Origin: Betaproteobacteria bacterium
GTDB lineage: Bacteria; Pseudomonadota; Gammaproteobacteria; Burkholderiales; SG8-41
Assembly (NCBI GenBank): GCA_032128415.1
Contig: JAQBGW010000096.1
Span: forward strand, 2,592 to 66,591
DNA length: 64,000 nt
Reading direction: 5' to 3'
The notes under the pieces are model-generated. The model saw nothing but the letters and a program-made list of their open reading frames with translations, had not been told where the DNA came from and made no database searches. Below are positions 20,245 through 30,181 of the stretch, in pieces. The stretch's first letter is position 1, and every line of letters begins with the position of its first letter. A program made the translations under genes and the position numbers.

Positions 20245-21426
20245 CTAGTTCGCTGTTCTGCAGATCAATCCCTTTAGATACTCACCTTCGGGGAAATTGA
20301 GTGCCACCGGGTGGTCAGGCGCGGCGTGCAGCCACGCGGTGATCCGCGCATCAACTCCGGCGTCGAGCGCTGCGCCGGCAATTATTTTCTGGAAAAGATC
20401 CGGGTTGACGCCCCCTGAACAGGAATACGTCATCAGCGTGCCACCGGGATTGAGCAGCTTGAAGCCGAGCAGGTTGATGTCCTTGTAGGCACGCGCAGCT
20501 TTTTCTGCGTGTGCTGCTGTCGGTGCCAACTTCGGCGGATCGAGCACAATAATGTCGTAACGCTGCCCACTGTCGCGCATGGCGCGCAGCGTTTTGAACA
20601 CATCACCTTCCAGCCATTCAACCTCACCTGAATGATTCAACGCGGCATTGGCCCGCGCCGCCGCCAGTGCCGGGCCCGAGCTGTCGATGGCGGTGACTGC
20701 AGTCGCACCACCGGCCAGCGCGCCGATCGCGAACCCGCCTGTGTAACAAAAACAATCGAGCACCGTCTTGCCGGTGGACAGCGCCCGCAGACGCTGCCGG
20801 TTATCGCGCTGATCGAGATAAAACCCTGTTTTGTGACCGCCTTCGACATCGACGGCGAACTGCAGGCCATGCTCGATGATGATGATCGGACTCGACGCTG
20901 CCGTGCCGCGCAATAAGCCTGTGCGCGGCGGCAACCCTTCCAGTTGCCGCACATCGGCATCCGAGCGCTCAACCACACGTGCAATGCCGGGCAGTGCCGC
21001 AAGCGCATCGGCAATCGCATCGCGCCAGCGATCTGCACCGGCAGACAGCAGTTGCACGACGACGGTGTCGCCGTAGCGATCGGCAATCATGCCGGGCAGC
21101 CCATCGGTTTCACCATGCACCAGGCGCGCAGCGTTGGTAACGCCCTCCGCCAGCAGGGCGTTGCGCAAACCCGCCGCCCGGTTCACGCGTTGCGCAAAAA
21201 ATTCGGCATTAATGTCACGCGGCGACCAACTCCACACCCGCGCGCGGATCTGCGATTGCGGACTGCAGGCGGCAATCGCCAGAAAATCACCGTCGGCAGA
21301 GCGCACCTCTACTGTGTCACCCGCCAGCGGATTGCCCTCGATGCGCGCCACGCCGCCGGAGAATATCCACGGATGTCGGCGCTTCAGCGATTTCTCGCGG
21401 CCGGGTTTGAGTATCAATTTGTGCAT
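20245..21426 (-). CDS. class I SAM-dependent rRNA methyltransferase, RlmI-like (PUA + MTase)
   Basis: 393 aa with a PUA-like N-terminus (LKRRHPWIFSGGV), the SAM-binding motif VLDCFCYTGGFA and the catalytic DPPK. Confidence 0.82.
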   Translation of the reverse strand: MHKLILKPGREKSLKRRHPWIFSGGVARIEGNPLAGDTVEVRSADGDFLAIAACSPQSQIRARVWSWSPRDINAEFFAQRVNRAAGLRNALLAEGVTNAARLVHGETDGLPGMIADRYGDTVVVQLLSAGADRWRDAIADALAALPGIARVVERSDADVRQLEGLPPRTGLLRGTAASSPIIIIEHGLQFAVDVEGGHKTGFYLDQRDNRQRLRALSTGKTVLDCFCYTGGFAIGALAGGATAVTAIDSSGPALAAARANAALNHSGEVEWLEGDVFKTLRAMRDSGQRYDIIVLDPPKLAPTAAHAEKAARAYKDINLLGFKLLNPGGTLMTYSCSGGVNPDLFQKIIAGAALDAGVDARITAWLHAAPDHPVALNFPEGEYLKGLICRTAN

Positions 21427-21471
21427 TACAGGATGTATTTACGGCCCCGGGCACTGTGGCCCGAATACAGG

Positions 21472-22467
21472 TTATTTGTCTTTGCGCCGGGCGCGCGGGT
21501 GCGCCGCATCGTAAATCTTCGACAGATGCTGAAAGTCCAGTTGCGTATAAACCTGCGTTGTTGAAATGCTGGCGTGACCCAGCATTTCCTGCACTGCGCG
21601 CAAATCGCTGCTCGATTGCAGCACATGCGATGCGAACGAATGGCGCAGCATGTGTGGATGCACGCGCGAGGCAATACCCTGCTGCAACGCGCGCTGCCGC
21701 ACCCGGGACTGGATAGCGCGAGGGCCCAGCCGCCGTCCCTGCGGGCCGACGAACAGCGCATCCGTCTCGACCTTCGGCAAGGCGTTGCGCACGGCAAGCC
21801 ATGCCTGCAGTGCCGTGGCTGCGTGGCTGCCGACCGGCACTATTCGCGTCTTGCTGCCCTTGCCGGTCACCCGCACCGTGGCATCAGCAAAATTGACGTC
21901 CCCCGGCGCGAGCCCTACCAGTTCCGCCAGCCGCAGTCCCGACGAATAAAACAATTCGAGTATGGCCCGATCACGCGCCGCCAGCGGATCGGTCGCGTCA
22001 ATTTCGACCAGTTGCCGCGCCTCATCCGGCGACAACGATTGCGGCAGGCGCTTGGCGCTTTTCGGTGCGCGGATGCCGACACAGGGATTCTGTTTGCAAC
22101 CGTGGTCGCGCGCGAGATATTGGTAGAACCCGCGCCACGCCGAGAGCATGCGCGCCAGGCTGCGTCCGTCGAGTCCCCGGCCGTGCAACTGCGCGACAAA
22201 ACGGCGAATGTCATGGACGCGCAGTTCCGCCACCGGTGTTGCGCCCGCCAATGCAGCCAGCGCCTCAATATCACGCCGGTAATTATTCGCGGTGTGCGCA
22301 GCCAGCCGGCGCTCGTGGGTCAGGTGCTCGATGTAACGTTCGATGAGTTGCAGCGCTGCACCGGATTTTGGTGCTGCAGTGGTTGCCACAGCAGGCGCCG
22401 CTGCGGATGCCGGAGAACGAGCGCGGCCGCGTGAACTCACGCCGGGTCGAGATGGCGCAGCAGGCAC
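21472..22467 (-). CDS. xerC: tyrosine recombinase XerC
   Basis: It has the C-terminal catalytic region HMLRHSFASH...LGHASISTTQVYT and lies in dapF-DUF484-xerC synteny. The GTG start at 22467 is uncertain because the N-terminal 35 aa are low-complexity. Confidence 0.88.
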   Translation of the reverse strand: MPAAPSRPGVSSRGRARSPASAAAPAVATTAAPKSGAALQLIERYIEHLTHERRLAAHTANNYRRDIEALAALAGATPVAELRVHDIRRFVAQLHGRGLDGRSLARMLSAWRGFYQYLARDHGCKQNPCVGIRAPKSAKRLPQSLSPDEARQLVEIDATDPLAARDRAILELFYSSGLRLAELVGLAPGDVNFADATVRVTGKGSKTRIVPVGSHAATALQAWLAVRNALPKVETDALFVGPQGRRLGPRAIQSRVRQRALQQGIASRVHPHMLRHSFASHVLQSSSDLRAVQEMLGHASISTTQVYTQLDFQHLSKIYDAAHPRARRKDK

Positions 22468-23093
22468 CCGGCGACCACTTCACCAATACGCGTCAGGTAA
22501 AGAGTGCCCATTTCCGGATAAAACCGCTGTGCATCCTCACTCGCCAAAGCAAGCAAACCGAAGGTGTCGCGACCGCGCAATGGCACATAGGCATACGACT
22601 TGAGCAATGGTGCTGCCTCGCCGAAAAATTCTGCGGTATCAGCCATCGCCAACGGGCCGCAGTGCGGATGCAACATGCCTGCGGCGAATGCGCGCGTGGC
22701 TTCTGACGCCGTAAATTCCGGGGCAGCGCCCGTCGCTCCGCTGTGCCAGATACGCAGCGCCACGTGTGGAACCGCAAAATCTTCGCGCAAATTGAACCCT
22801 GCCGTCCGCAGCAGCCCCTGTACGTCGTGCGCACCGATCAGCGTCAACGTCAAACGATGCACTTTCTCGCCGATGACGTCATTCTCCTCGCCAAACTGGA
22901 TCAGTTCGCCGAGCTTGTTTTCGAGTTGCTTGCCGCGCTCGCGCAGCGTCAGGATCTGTCGTTCGCCGATGGAAATTGCCCGTCCGCCATGGGGATGCGG
23001 AATAAACACGTCGGCGACAACTTCCGCGTGGTTTTCAAAAAATTCCGGGTGTTCTTTCAGATACGCGGCGACGTCATCGGGTTTCATCAGCAA
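22437..23093 (-). CDS. DUF484 (YigA-like) protein
   Basis: 218 aa with AAYLKEHPEFFENH, a coiled coil and a GAF-like C-terminus. It occupies the conserved position between dapF and xerC. Confidence 0.8.
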   Translation of the reverse strand: MLMKPDDVAAYLKEHPEFFENHAEVVADVFIPHPHGGRAISIGERQILTLRERGKQLENKLGELIQFGEENDVIGEKVHRLTLTLIGAHDVQGLLRTAGFNLREDFAVPHVALRIWHSGATGAAPEFTASEATRAFAAGMLHPHCGPLAMADTAEFFGEAAPLLKSYAYVPLRGRDTFGLLALASEDAQRFYPEMGTLYLTRIGEVVAGCLLRHLDPA

Positions 23094-23121
23094 TTCTTCC
23101 TTGATGGCCTGTTATTACCTG

Positions 23122-23958
23122 TCATTGGGGCAGCGTCACAACGCCCTCGTACACGGTGACCGCAGGCCCGGTCATCAGCACCGGCTGCCCTGCGCCCGAC
23201 CATACTATAACGAGGTCGCCGCCGCGCGTCGAAACAGTAACGCGCTGATCAAGCAGCCCGCGGCTGATACCGGCAACAACCGCCGCGCAGGCGCCGGTGC
23301 CGCAGGCCAGCGTTTCGCCCGTGCCACGCTCATAAACGCGGAGCCGGATATGTGCGCGATCCATCACCTGCATATAGCCGGCGTTGACGCGTTGTGGAAA
23401 CCGGGGATGCGCTTCGAGCAATGGCCCTTGCGCCGCCACCGGGGCCGCATCGACATCGCCGACAACTTGCACCGCATGCGGATTTCCAATAGATAACACA
23501 TTGATTTTAAAAGTATTTTTTTCGATCTGTAGATCGTACAGCAGTGCCTGTGCCGGCGCCACAAACGGGATGCGCGACGGCTCGAATTCCGGCACACCCA
23601 TATTCACCGTGACCTGGCCATCGGCTTCAAGGCGCGGTTCGATCACGCCGCCCGGCGTGCCGACACGAATGATCGTTTTTGCCGTCAGCCCGCGCTCATG
23701 CGCATAACGCACAAAACAGCGCGCGCCATTGCCGCATTGCTCGACCTCACCGCCGTCAGCGTTGAAGATCCGGTAAAAGAAATCGGTGTCGACAGAGCGT
23801 GCCGGCTCCACCATCAGGATCTGGTCGCAGCCGACACCGTAATGGCGATCGGCGAGAAGGCGCAACTGCGCCGGGGTCAGCGCTATGGGACCAGCGGTCG
23901 CGTCGAGCACCACAAAGTCATTGCCCAGCCCATGCATTTTGGTGAATTTCAGCTGCAT
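23122..23958 (-). CDS. dapF: diaminopimelate epimerase
   Basis: 278 aa with MHGLGNDF and the two catalytic Cys contexts CGNGARC and ACGTGACA. Confidence 0.95.
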   Translation of the reverse strand: MQLKFTKMHGLGNDFVVLDATAGPIALTPAQLRLLADRHYGVGCDQILMVEPARSVDTDFFYRIFNADGGEVEQCGNGARCFVRYAHERGLTAKTIIRVGTPGGVIEPRLEADGQVTVNMGVPEFEPSRIPFVAPAQALLYDLQIEKNTFKINVLSIGNPHAVQVVGDVDAAPVAAQGPLLEAHPRFPQRVNAGYMQVMDRAHIRLRVYERGTGETLACGTGACAAVVAGISRGLLDQRVTVSTRGGDLVIVWSGAGQPVLMTGPAVTVYEGVVTLPQ

Positions 23959-23982
23959 TTCAGGCGCATTTCATTCACACCT

Positions 23983-24408
23983 TCAGACGCGGGTATCGCT
24001 GCATTGATCACGATAGTCGCGATAAATGCAGCGATCCATGATCACCGTCATGCCGCCGGCACGCGCGCGTTCAGCTGCAGGTTCGTTGACGATGCCTTCC
24101 TGGATCCAGATGGCTTGCACACCGATCTCCAGACACTCGTCAACCACACCGTCAATGTGCTCGGCGCTGCGAAACACATCGACCAGATCGACTGGCTGCG
24201 GAATATCGACGAGGCGCGCATACACTTTTTCCCCGAGAATTTCCTGTGCGGCCGGATGCACCGGGATCACCCTAAAACCATAATCCTGCATCGCGCGCGA
24301 AACGCCATAACTCGGCCGCGCAGCATTGGGCGACAAACCGACCACGGCAATGGTCTTGATCTTTTTCAGCAATGCGCAGCGCGCCTGGGCGTCGGGATTT
24401 TTAAACAT
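23983..24408 (-). CDS. CoA-binding domain protein (YccU-like)
   Basis: 141 aa with IAVVGLSPNAARPSY and VDVFR..E motifs of the CoA_binding_2 family. Confidence 0.75.
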   Translation of the reverse strand: MFKNPDAQARCALLKKIKTIAVVGLSPNAARPSYGVSRAMQDYGFRVIPVHPAAQEILGEKVYARLVDIPQPVDLVDVFRSAEHIDGVVDECLEIGVQAIWIQEGIVNEPAAERARAGGMTVIMDRCIYRDYRDQCSDTRV

Positions 24409-24464
24409 ATCGGTTGCGCGGAATTATATCGGCGTTCCGCACAACGCTGCAGCCAATATCTGCA

Positions 24465-25331
24465 TCAATAGAAGCGCTCTTCACCCGGCGGTCGTGTTTT
24501 GAAGCGTTTGTGCAGCCAGTAATACTGCTCGGGCATCGCGCGCACCTGCTCTTCAATAAAGGCATTCATGCGCCGCGTGTCGGCGGCGACATCATCGCTG
24601 GGAAAATCTGTCCACGCCGGATGAAACCGCAGGCGATAGCCACTGCCGTCCGCCAACTGCTCGGTGACAGCGGGCACTACCACAGCACCGGTCAGCGCGG
24701 CGATGCGCGCAAGCCCGGTGATGGTCGCTGCAGGAATACCGAAAAACGGTACAAATATCGAGTCGCGTTCGCCGAAATCCATATCAGGCAGATAGTAGAA
24801 CGGCAAACCGGACTTGATCGCCTTGGCCACCGGGCGGACACCCTCTTGACGCGAATACAGCGTGGTCGGTCCGAACCGGGTGCGCCCGTGCAGTAGCACG
24901 GCTTCAAACGCCGTATTTTTCTGTTTGCTATAGATGGATACCAGCGGGTATTCGGCGGTCAGGCGGATGCCGCCCATGTCGAGCCCAACGAAATGCGGCA
25001 CCAGCCAGATTACCGGCCGGTCGCCGACGCCACGCCAGTGTTCCACGCCCTCAATCGACACCAGCTGCAAAACCCGCTCCCTGCTCCCCCACCACAGAAT
25101 GCCGTGCTCCAGCAGACTGCGGCCAAAAGCAGCGAAGTGCCGCTGTGCCAACTGCGCGCGTTGCGTATCGTCGAGATCAGGAAAACACAAACGCAAGTTA
25201 GTCAACACCACCTGCCGTCGCTCACGCGCCAGCGCATACAGCAACGCCCCTAGTCCGCGCCCCAGCGGCGCCAGCCAGCGCAACGGCAAGCCATGCAGCA
25301 ACCAGACGATGGCGAGACCAAATTTTGTCAT
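24465..25331 (-). CDS. lipid A late (lauroyl/myristoyl) acyltransferase, LpxL/HtrB family
   Basis: 288 aa from the ATG at 25331 (MTKFGLAIVWLL). It has the HFVGLD H-box region and a C-terminal YYWLHKRFK. The track start at 25388 translates the repeat element. Confidence 0.85.
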   Translation of the reverse strand: MTKFGLAIVWLLHGLPLRWLAPLGRGLGALLYALARERRQVVLTNLRLCFPDLDDTQRAQLAQRHFAAFGRSLLEHGILWWGSRERVLQLVSIEGVEHWRGVGDRPVIWLVPHFVGLDMGGIRLTAEYPLVSIYSKQKNTAFEAVLLHGRTRFGPTTLYSRQEGVRPVAKAIKSGLPFYYLPDMDFGERDSIFVPFFGIPAATITGLARIAALTGAVVVPAVTEQLADGSGYRLRFHPAWTDFPSDDVAADTRRMNAFIEEQVRAMPEQYYWLHKRFKTRPPGEERFY

Positions 25332-25340
25332 GACAACAAA

Positions 25341-25442
25341 CAGTGCAAAGTGCAATGTGCAAAGTGCAGAATGAACGGCCCCTTGCAATCACCAGTGCTG
25401 TTGGGTTTCAATCTTGCACTCATCATTTTGCACTCTGCACTG
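25341..25442. repeat. palindromic heptad-array element, copy 2 of 3
   Basis: The left arm is CAGTGCAAAGTGCAATGTGCAAAGTGCAGAATGAAC. The right arm TTGCACTCATCATTTTGCACTCTGCACTG is its imperfect reverse complement. The right arm encodes the last codons and the stop of the upstream acyltransferase. Confidence 0.85.
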
Positions 25443-26283
25443 ATCGCCCCGCCCCTGCCGGCACCTTGTAGCGGTTGTAACCCCACAGATACTGTCCGGG
25501 GCAGCGGCGAACAACCTGCTCGACCACGCCATTCAACGCCGTCGGACTCAGCGGATCGCGCTGGATGACTTCAAAGCGCAATTGATAGCCGCGGCCCGAA
25601 GGCAATCGTTCAGAAACAGCCATGATCACCGTTGCGTCCGCGACAGCCTGCAGGCGCGTGATCAGGGTCATGGTGTACGCGGGACGCCCGAAGAAATCCG
25701 CCCACTCGCCCTCTCCCACACCCGGCGCTTGATCGGGCAGCACTCCGATCGCCTCACCGCGGCGCAACGCCTTGTAGAGCAGGCGTACGCCGGAAACATT
25801 GGCCGGCGCCAGGCGTAACTGGCCGCGTGAGCGCCCGGCACGCATGATGGGTTCCAGCGTGGCGCGCTTCGGTGGCCGGTAAAGTACAGTCAGCGGTATG
25901 CGCTGCGCGATATAAAACGCGGAGATTTCGAAACACCCCAAATGCGGGGTCAGGAACAATATTCCCTTGCCGGCGCGTCGTGCATTTTCGACAACATTCC
26001 AGTCGTTGCATGAAACCAGCTCAGCAATTTCCTCATCGCGCCCGAACCACACTTTGCACAATTCGGTGACGCTCTTGCCAGTTTCTGCGATCGCCGCACG
26101 CAAGGTCAACCGGTATGCATGCTCTTCCGCGCAGACCCCGCTGGCGCGAAGGTTGTCGCGGCACCTGCGGGCATACGTCGGCGACAGCCCATACACCAGC
26201 CAGCCGAGGCCGGCGCCGAAAAAATGCAGGGCCGCCAAAGGCATACGCGCGCATAACCGCATCACTGCAGACAACAGGGGCAT
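25423..26283 (-). CDS. lipid A late acyltransferase paralogue, LpxL/LpxM family
   Basis: 286 aa with an HLGCFE H-box and a C-terminal [10 protein letters not shown]. It is in tandem with the gene at 24465-25331. Confidence 0.82.
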   Translation of the reverse strand: MPLLSAVMRLCARMPLAALHFFGAGLGWLVYGLSPTYARRCRDNLRASGVCAEEHAYRLTLRAAIAETGKSVTELCKVWFGRDEEIAELVSCNDWNVVENARRAGKGILFLTPHLGCFEISAFYIAQRIPLTVLYRPPKRATLEPIMRAGRSRGQLRLAPANVSGVRLLYKALRRGEAIGVLPDQAPGVGEGEWADFFGRPAYTMTLITRLQAVADATVIMAVSERLPSGRGYQLRFEVIQRDPLSPTALNGVVEQVVRRCPGQYLWGYNRYKVPAGAGRSVQSAK

Positions 26284-26391
26284 CAGTCGAGAAATCCGTT
26301 AAAACCCATTAAAAAATCGAGGCTTATATGCTATTCTAGCGGCCTTTTTGCTGCTGCCCCCAACTCCTTTAACCTCACTCGAACATCGCTT

Positions 26392-27558
26392 ATGAGTAAT
26401 TACCTCTTCACCTCGGAATCCGTTTCCGAAGGGCATCCCGACAAAATCGCCGACCAGATTTCGGACGCCGTACTCGATGCCATTCTCACCGAAGACAAAA
26501 ATGGCCGCGTCGCTGCTGAAACGCTGACCCACACCGGCCTGGTCGTACTTGCCGGTCAGGTCACCACCAGTGCGCGCGTGGATTACGCACAGGTCGCGCG
26601 CAGGATCATCAAACAGATCGGCTACGTCGACTCCGACATCGGTTTCGATTACAAAAGCTGCGGCGTACTGGTGTGTTACGACCAGCAATCACCTGACATC
26701 GCGCAGGGTGTGGACGAAGGCAAGGGGCTCGATCTCGATCAGGGCGCCGGCGACCAGGGCCTGATGTTCGGATTTGCCTGCGATGAAACGCCGCAACTGA
26801 TGCCGATGCCGATCTACTACGCGCATCGCCTGATGGAACGCCATGCCGAGCTGCGCCGCGACGGCCGTCTGCCGTGGGCGCGCCCCGACGCCAAATCGCA
26901 GGTTTCCGTGCGTTATGTTGACGGCAAGCCGCATCACATCGACACCGTGGTGATCTCGACCCAGCATCGCGAAGAAGTTACCCACAAGCAAATCGAAGAA
27001 GCCATCATTGAGCAGGTAGTGAAGCCGGTGCTGCCGAAAAACCTGATTACCAAGGACACCAAATACCTGATCAACCCGACCGGCCGTTTCGTCATCGGCG
27101 GCCCGCAGGGCGACACCGGACTCACCGGCCGCAAGATCATTGTCGATACCTATGGCGGCTATTCGCGTCACGGCGGCGGCGCATTCTCCGGCAAGGATCC
27201 GTCAAAAGTCGATCGTTCGGCTGCTTACGCCGCACGCCATGTGGCGAAGAATATCGTCGCCGCTGGCCTCGCCACCAAATGCGAAATCCAGGTTGCCTAC
27301 GCCATCGGCGTAGCGCGCCCGGTCAGCGTACTGGTCGACACCTTCGGCACCGGAAAAATTTCGGACGAAAAAATTGCCGCGCTGGTTGATAAACATTTTG
27401 ATCTGCGGCCAAAAGGCATCATCCTGGCGCTTGATCTGCTGCGGCCGATCTACACTAAAACCGCCGCGCATGGCCACTTCGGTCGCGACGAGCCGGAGTT
27501 CACCTGGGAAAATACTGACAAGGCCGCTGCACTCAAAGCGGATGCGGGCATAAAATAA
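26392..27558 (+). CDS. metK: S-adenosylmethionine synthetase
   Basis: 388 aa with [24 protein letters not shown] and GGGAFSGKD. Confidence 0.97.
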   Translation: MSNYLFTSESVSEGHPDKIADQISDAVLDAILTEDKNGRVAAETLTHTGLVVLAGQVTTSARVDYAQVARRIIKQIGYVDSDIGFDYKSCGVLVCYDQQSPDIAQGVDEGKGLDLDQGAGDQGLMFGFACDETPQLMPMPIYYAHRLMERHAELRRDGRLPWARPDAKSQVSVRYVDGKPHHIDTVVISTQHREEVTHKQIEEAIIEQVVKPVLPKNLITKDTKYLINPTGRFVIGGPQGDTGLTGRKIIVDTYGGYSRHGGGAFSGKDPSKVDRSAAYAARHVAKNIVAAGLATKCEIQVAYAIGVARPVSVLVDTFGTGKISDEKIAALVDKHFDLRPKGIILALDLLRPIYTKTAAHGHFGRDEPEFTWENTDKAAALKADAGIK

Positions 27559-27574
27559 CGGTATAATCCGCCCC

Positions 27575-27652
27575 GCTGAGGAGCGTTGCGACCGGTGGGG
27601 TTTTGAGTAGTTACCCATCACCGGCCAGGCTCAGCAAGATTCAACGGCGCTC
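27575..27652 (+). promoter_or_regulatory. SAH riboswitch aptamer, copy 1
   Basis: CUGAGGAGCGUUGCGACC...CCGGCCAGGCUCAGCAAGAUUCAACGGCGCUC matches the conserved core of the ahcY-leader (SAH) riboswitch as I remember it. A TATAAT hexamer sits at 27562-27567, just upstream. Confidence 0.8.
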
Positions 27653-27683
27653 GCATCGGCAACGGTGCGGGCGCTTTTCTTTT
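27647..27683 (+). terminator. intrinsic terminator forming the expression platform of SAH aptamer 1
   Basis: GCGCUCGCA (27647-27655) pairs with UGCGGGCGC (27666-27674) with one G-U pair, followed by UUUUCUUUU. The 5' arm overlaps the aptamer 3' strand. Confidence 0.7.
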
Positions 27684-27716
27684 GTAATTGCGGTTTGTAA
27701 TTTTGATATGCGTGCT

Positions 27717-27798
27717 CCCGAGAGGCGCTGCGACCGGGCGGGGTTTTACCACCCCTTTCACCGGCCAGGCTCGGACAGCATTGCTGATAACGGCGCCC
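27717..27798 (+). promoter_or_regulatory. SAH riboswitch aptamer, copy 2
   Basis: CCGAGAGGCGCUGCGACC...CCGGCCAGGCUCGGACAGCAUUGCUGAUAACGGCGCCC has the same core as copy 1, with compensatory changes in two helices. It ends 10 nt before the ahcY SD AGGAG (27808-27812). Confidence 0.8.
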
Positions 27799-27820
27799 CA
27801 ATTTTTCAGGAGTAGCAGAT

Positions 27821-29224
27821 ATGAACGCAAAAGCCGCCGACTACAAAGTCGCCGATATCAAGCTGGCCGATTTCGGCCGCAAGGAAATTGCCATTGCCGA
27901 GACCGAAATGCCCGGCCTGATCGCATTGCGCGAGGAATTCAAAGGCAAAAAACCGCTGAAGGGCGCGCGCATTGCCGGCTCGCTGCACATGACCATCCAG
28001 ACCGCCGTGCTGATTGAGACACTGGCTGAACTCGGCGCCGACATCCGCTGGGCGTCGTGCAACATTTTCTCGACGCAGGATCACGCTGCGGCGGCCATTG
28101 CCGCGCGCGGCATTCCCGTGTTTGCCTACAAGGGCGAAACGCTGGAGGACTACTGGGACTACACCCACCGCATTTTCGAGTGGAATGACGGCGGCACGCC
28201 AAACATGATTCTCGACGACGGCGGCGACGCCACGCTGCTGATCACGCTGGGGGCACAGCACGAGCGCAACAAGACGCAGCCGCCTCAAGGCACCAACGAG
28301 GAAGAAGTGGTGTTGTTCGCCGCGATGCGCAAGACGCTGAAGGAGAGGCCCGGCTTCTACTCGAAAATCGAGGCGAACATCAAAGGCGTCACCGAAGAGA
28401 CCACCACTGGCGTACACCGCCTGTACCAGATGGAAAAAGAAGGGCGCCTGCCGTTCCCCGCGATCAACGTCAACGATTCGGTTACCAAGTCCAAGTTCGA
28501 CAATCTCTACGGTTGCCGCGAGTCACTGGTCGACGCCATCAAGCGTGCCACCGACGTGATGATTGCCGGCAAGGTTGCGTTGGTATGTGGCTACGGCGAC
28601 GTCGGCAAAGGCAGCGCGGAGGCGTTGCGCGCATTGTCGGCGCAAGTGTGGGTTACCGAGATCGACCCGATCTGCGCGCTACAAGCGGCGATGGAAGGCT
28701 TCCGCGTGGTAACCATGGATTACGCTGCCGACAAAGCCGACATCTTCGTGACCTGCACCGGCAACCTCGGCGTGATCACGCACGAGCACATGAAGCGCAT
28801 GAAGCACAACGCCATTGTCTGCAACATCGGGCACTTTGATTCAGAGATTGAAATCGCTGCGCTCAAGCAATACAAGTGGGACAACATCAAGCCACAAGTT
28901 GACCACGTGATTTTCCCCGACGGCAAGCGCCTGATCATCCTCGCCGAAGGCCGTCTGGTGAACCTCGGTTGCGGCACCGGTCATCCGTCGTTCGTGATGT
29001 CAAATTCCTTCACCAACCAGACGCTGGCGCAACTCGAGCTCTACACGCAGGGCGAAAAATACAAAAACAAGGTCTATGTGCTACCCAAACATCTCGATGA
29101 AAAAGTCGCGCGCCTGCACCTGAAAAAACTCGGCGTTGAACTGACGACGCTCAACGAGAAACAGTGCGACTATCTACAATTGAATGTCGACGGCCCGTTC
29201 AAGCCGGAGCATTATCGCTACTGA
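27821..29224 (+). CDS. ahcY: adenosylhomocysteinase
   Basis: 467 aa with [16 protein letters not shown], an NAD-binding GYGDVGKG motif and a C-terminal HYRY. Confidence 0.97.
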   Translation: MNAKAADYKVADIKLADFGRKEIAIAETEMPGLIALREEFKGKKPLKGARIAGSLHMTIQTAVLIETLAELGADIRWASCNIFSTQDHAAAAIAARGIPVFAYKGETLEDYWDYTHRIFEWNDGGTPNMILDDGGDATLLITLGAQHERNKTQPPQGTNEEEVVLFAAMRKTLKERPGFYSKIEANIKGVTEETTTGVHRLYQMEKEGRLPFPAINVNDSVTKSKFDNLYGCRESLVDAIKRATDVMIAGKVALVCGYGDVGKGSAEALRALSAQVWVTEIDPICALQAAMEGFRVVTMDYAADKADIFVTCTGNLGVITHEHMKRMKHNAIVCNIGHFDSEIEIAALKQYKWDNIKPQVDHVIFPDGKRLIILAEGRLVNLGCGTGHPSFVMSNSFTNQTLAQLELYTQGEKYKNKVYVLPKHLDEKVARLHLKKLGVELTTLNEKQCDYLQLNVDGPFKPEHYRY

Positions 29225-29249
29225 GCCACCGCATACGGAGGGCAACTCC

Positions 29250-30095
29250 ATGCAATCACAGAAAAAATTTGCCAGAACATTCAGCTTCGAGTACTTCCCG
29301 CCGAACACGCCGGAAGGGGTGGAGAGGCTGCGTGCCACCACGCAGCAACTGGCGCAGCTTAAACCGAAGTTCTTCTCGGTGACCTTTGGCGCCGGCGGCT
29401 CGACGCGTGAACGCACGCTGGACACCGTGCTCGACATCCGTGCGCAAGGCCATGCCGCCGCGCCGCACATTTCGTGCGTCGCCTCCACCCGCGACAACAT
29501 CCGTGTGATGCTGCAGCGCTACAAGGACAATGGCATTACCCATCTGGTAGCGTTGCGCGGCGACCTGCCTTCCGGTCTCGCCGCTGCCGGCGAATTTCGC
29601 TACGCCAACGAGTTGGTGACATTCATCCGCGAGGAATTCGGCGATCAGTTTCAGATCGAGGTGGCGGGATATCCGGAGTACCACCCGCAGGCGCGCAGCG
29701 CTCAGGACGATCTGCTCAACTTCAAACGCAAGGTGCAGGCCGGCGCCAGCTCGGCGATCACCCAGTATTTCTATAACGCTGACTGCTACTTTCATTTTAT
29801 CGATGAATGCGAAGCCATGGGACTCAACCTGCCCATCGTGCCCGGCATCATGCCCATCGGCCGTTTTTCGCAACTGGCGCGATTTTCCGATGCCTGCGGC
29901 GCAGAAATTCCGCGCTGGATACGCCGCAAGCTGGAGGGCTATGGTGACGATACGGCTTCAATCCGCGCCTTCGGTCTCGATGTGGTGACCCGGCTCTGCG
30001 ACGATCTGCTGTCAGCCGGCGCGCCCGGCCTGCATTTTTACACCATGAATCAGGCGGGACTGACCAGCACCATCTGGCAAAGGCTCGACCTGTAA
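29250..30095 (+). CDS. metF: 5,10-methylenetetrahydrofolate reductase
   Basis: 281 aa from the ATG at 29250, with a GGAG SD 9 nt upstream. It has FSFEYFPP and HFYTMN motifs. The track ORF is over-extended into ahcY. Confidence 0.93.
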   Translation: MQSQKKFARTFSFEYFPPNTPEGVERLRATTQQLAQLKPKFFSVTFGAGGSTRERTLDTVLDIRAQGHAAAPHISCVASTRDNIRVMLQRYKDNGITHLVALRGDLPSGLAAAGEFRYANELVTFIREEFGDQFQIEVAGYPEYHPQARSAQDDLLNFKRKVQAGASSAITQYFYNADCYFHFIDECEAMGLNLPIVPGIMPIGRFSQLARFSDACGAEIPRWIRRKLEGYGDDTASIRAFGLDVVTRLCDDLLSAGAPGLHFYTMNQAGLTSTIWQRLDL

Positions 30096-30181
30096 TACGG
30101 AGGGTACTGCCACGCAGCGGCTTCCGTCGCTATACTCCTCCGCTGGCGCGCCTGCGCCGAGCGCCCATAAGGGGAAAAAAC

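Noticed and set aside
25341-25376. Reading the short regular GTGCA(A/G)(A/T) repeats as a CRISPR-like array.
   Set aside because: The repeat units are contiguous 7-mers without spacers, arranged as inverted arms of one palindrome, and no cas genes are present.
27603-28017. Track ORFs 27603-27815 (+), 27618-27830 (-) and 27688-28017 (+), which span the metK-ahcY spacer.
   Set aside because: They translate the two riboswitch aptamers and the terminator. RNA-structure conservation explains the sequence better than coding does.
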